Source: an uncultured Gemmatimonadales bacterium
Lineage (GTDB): Bacteria; Gemmatimonadota; Gemmatimonadetes; Gemmatimonadales; GWC2-71-9
Assembly (NCBI GenBank): GCA_963825055.1
Contig: CAWGSK010000012.1
Span: forward strand, 288,001-352,000
Direction of reading: 5' to 3'
DNA: 64,000 bases
In this document: in pieces, positions 62,260 through 64,000 of the stretch
Numbering within the stretch: the stretch's first letter is position 1
How the letters are laid out: each line of letters opens with the position of its first letter
Program-made: the position numbers and the translations under genes
Notes under the pieces: model-generated
What the model was told of the DNA's origin: nothing
The model's input: the letters and a program-made list of their open reading frames with translations, nothing else
Database searches by the model: none

Positions 62260-64000
62260 ATGCTCCGGCGATTCTGTCGTCGTGCCGCAGGCCTGTTCCT
62301 GGCTGCCATCCCGCTGTTCACCCTGCCGCTCAACGCCCAGTCCGAGGCCAACGTACCCGCCTATGACTCGGTCTATGCGGACCTGGTCGGCCTGACACCA
62401 CTCAAGCGACAGGTCGCCGAGGTCCGTGACCTCGTCATCCAGCGGGACGTGGGGCGCCTGGAGCTTACGTCGGGTCAGCTGGCCGTCCTCTCCCCGGTGG
62501 GAGGCCGCACAGTGGCCGTGGCGTTCCGGGGGCAGGGGGTCTTCCACTTTGCGCCGCCCACGCGGATAGAGCAGGGCCGGCTCAGGGAATTCCGCAAGGT
62601 CACCGCGCTCGACGAGCCCTTCACCGACCTGCTGATCGTCTTCTGCGATTCCACGCTCGACGAACTGCGGGCGCGCGTCACGTTCGCTGACGGACCCGTG
62701 CCTGACCACGTGGAGCAGCAGGTCCGCCGGATGCTCAGCTACCTCGGTGAGAAGGACGACCGGACGCTGGACCCGGATGTCCTCCGTCCCCTGCTCAACA
62801 GGGAAACGAACGCGCTCTTCTATGCCTACATGGCGAAGGGCGGGGACGATCCCTGGATGTTCATGATCAATCCTTACGAGACGGAGTCCGTGCGGCTGCT
62901 CGTTCGCGCGCGCCACAGTGGGTTTACCCGGGCGGCCGAGGTGGTGTCACAATTCCCCGCCGGCGGGGACAGCCTGCCGCAGAGCCTCGCGAGCCAGCGG
63001 GTCAAGGAGGTGCGGGTGGCCCGGTACGAGATCGAGAGCTGGCTGCCGCAGACCATGACGGGAGACCTGGCCTTCAGCGCGGCCGCCCGGCTCGAGATCA
63101 CCTCGGACACCGCGGCCGGGCCCTGGGTGGCCTTCGGGCTCATGCCAAAGCTCAAGGTCGATTCGGCGCGGTGGGACGACACCGGCGAGCCCGCCGTACT
63201 GTTCAAGGGCAAGGATGACCCCACCCTCTGGATCCACCTCCGGGGCGCACTCGCGCCTGGGGCCGTGGAGCCCCTGCGCCTCTACTATCATGGCGACCTG
63301 ATCGACCGCTACGGCGACTGGTTCTTCATCAAGTCCAGCGTAGCGTGGTATCCCCAGCAGATGGGATGGCGCAACGTCGCGGACTTCGACCTGACGTTCC
63401 ATTACCCCGCCTCGATGACCCTGGCTTCGGTTGGCGACCAGACCAGCCTCGGCGGCGACAAGCGGACCGTGACCTCCAAGTGGAAGACACGACGGCCGAT
63501 CCGGAACGCCTCCTTCAATCTCGGGATCTTCGACACCCACAATGTCGAGAAGGACGGCGCGCCGAAGGTGTCGGTTCTCTGGTCGGAGAAGGGGCACCGC
63601 GAACTGAAGCAGGTCGTCGCGCAGGAGCGGAACATGAAGGAGCGGGTGGGACTCGACGTGGCCGCCGCCATGCAGTTCTTCGGCGAGGTCTTCGGCCCGC
63701 CCCCCGTGGACCAGTTCTACGCAACGGAAATCCCGTACCTGCACGGCGAGGCCTTTCCGGGACTGATCCATCTCTCGTACGCCACCTTCGTGCTGACCGC
63801 GAAGGACGGGCAGGACGAGGTCTTCCGCTCCCACGAAGTGGCGCACCAGTGGTGGGGGATCGGGGTCGACTATGCCTCCTATCATGACCAGTGGCTGAGC
63901 GAGGGCATCAGTGATTTCGCGGGGCTGTGGTTCATGCAGACCCGGCGCAAGGACAACGACAAGTACTTCCGGATGCTGGACGACTGGCGAAACGACATTC
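62260..64000 (+). CDS. Secreted M1-family zinc aminopeptidase (3' end runs off the window)
   Basis: Frame absent from the ORF track; signal peptide MLRRFCRRAAGLFLAAIP; HEVAHQWWG...WLSEG. Confidence 0.9.
   Translation, partial: MLRRFCRRAAGLFLAAIPLFTLPLNAQSEANVPAYDSVYADLVGLTPLKRQVAEVRDLVIQRDVGRLELTSGQLAVLSPVGGRTVAVAFRGQGVFHFAPPTRIEQGRLREFRKVTALDEPFTDLLIVFCDSTLDELRARVTFADGPVPDHVEQQVRRMLSYLGEKDDRTLDPDVLRPLLNRETNALFYAYMAKGGDDPWMFMINPYETESVRLLVRARHSGFTRAAEVVSQFPAGGDSLPQSLASQRVKEVRVARYEIESWLPQTMTGDLAFSAAARLEITSDTAAGPWVAFGLMPKLKVDSARWDDTGEPAVLFKGKDDPTLWIHLRGALAPGAVEPLRLYYHGDLIDRYGDWFFIKSSVAWYPQQMGWRNVADFDLTFHYPASMTLASVGDQTSLGGDKRTVTSKWKTRRPIRNASFNLGIFDTHNVEKDGAPKVSVLWSEKGHRELKQVVAQERNMKERVGLDVAAAMQFFGEVFGPPPVDQFYATEIPYLHGEAFPGLIHLSYATFVLTAKDGQDEVFRSHEVAHQWWGIGVDYASYHDQWLSEGISDFAGLWFMQTRRKDNDKYFRMLDDWRNDI

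Overview
GC-rich (roughly 70% by eye), gene-dense bacterial chromosome segment. Gene content and order suggest Gemmatimonadota (inference only). Mostly core genes: pdxJ, mce, trxA, rsmI, a JAB/MPN-DinG helicase, a DapL-like aminotransferase, gltX, purH, purN, gmhB, selA, valS, thrS, thiolase, bioY, hbd, leucine dehydrogenase, rpiB, glyA, nnr, thiL, plsC, eno, ftsB and an M1 peptidase. There are three tRNAs (Ser-GCT, Ser-TGA, elongator Met-CAT), a four-gene minor type IV pilin cluster, and a CheB-CheR-multiPAS hybrid kinase with an MscS gene between the two tRNA-Ser genes. I saw no CRISPR array, integrase, transposase, prophage or rRNA. The best leads are: (i) a coupled DUF4159/DUF4175/TPR/Tat-exported GATase-like envelope operon; (ii) a His-less tandem Hpt-like protein with repeated VPIExL motifs; (iii) a TonB-type anchor fused to a non-TonB domain; (iv) the JAB-DinG fusion; (v) a tRNA-Met locus with a duplicated 3' end, inverted heptamer repeats and a G-quadruplex-like array; (vi) a secreted protein with three NPGPP motifs; (vii) a 53-aa membrane ORF coupled to thrS. 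Four +1 frameshifts cluster at 23.1-25.4 kb and are probably assembly errors. Family calls come from motif recognition by eye; no searches were run.
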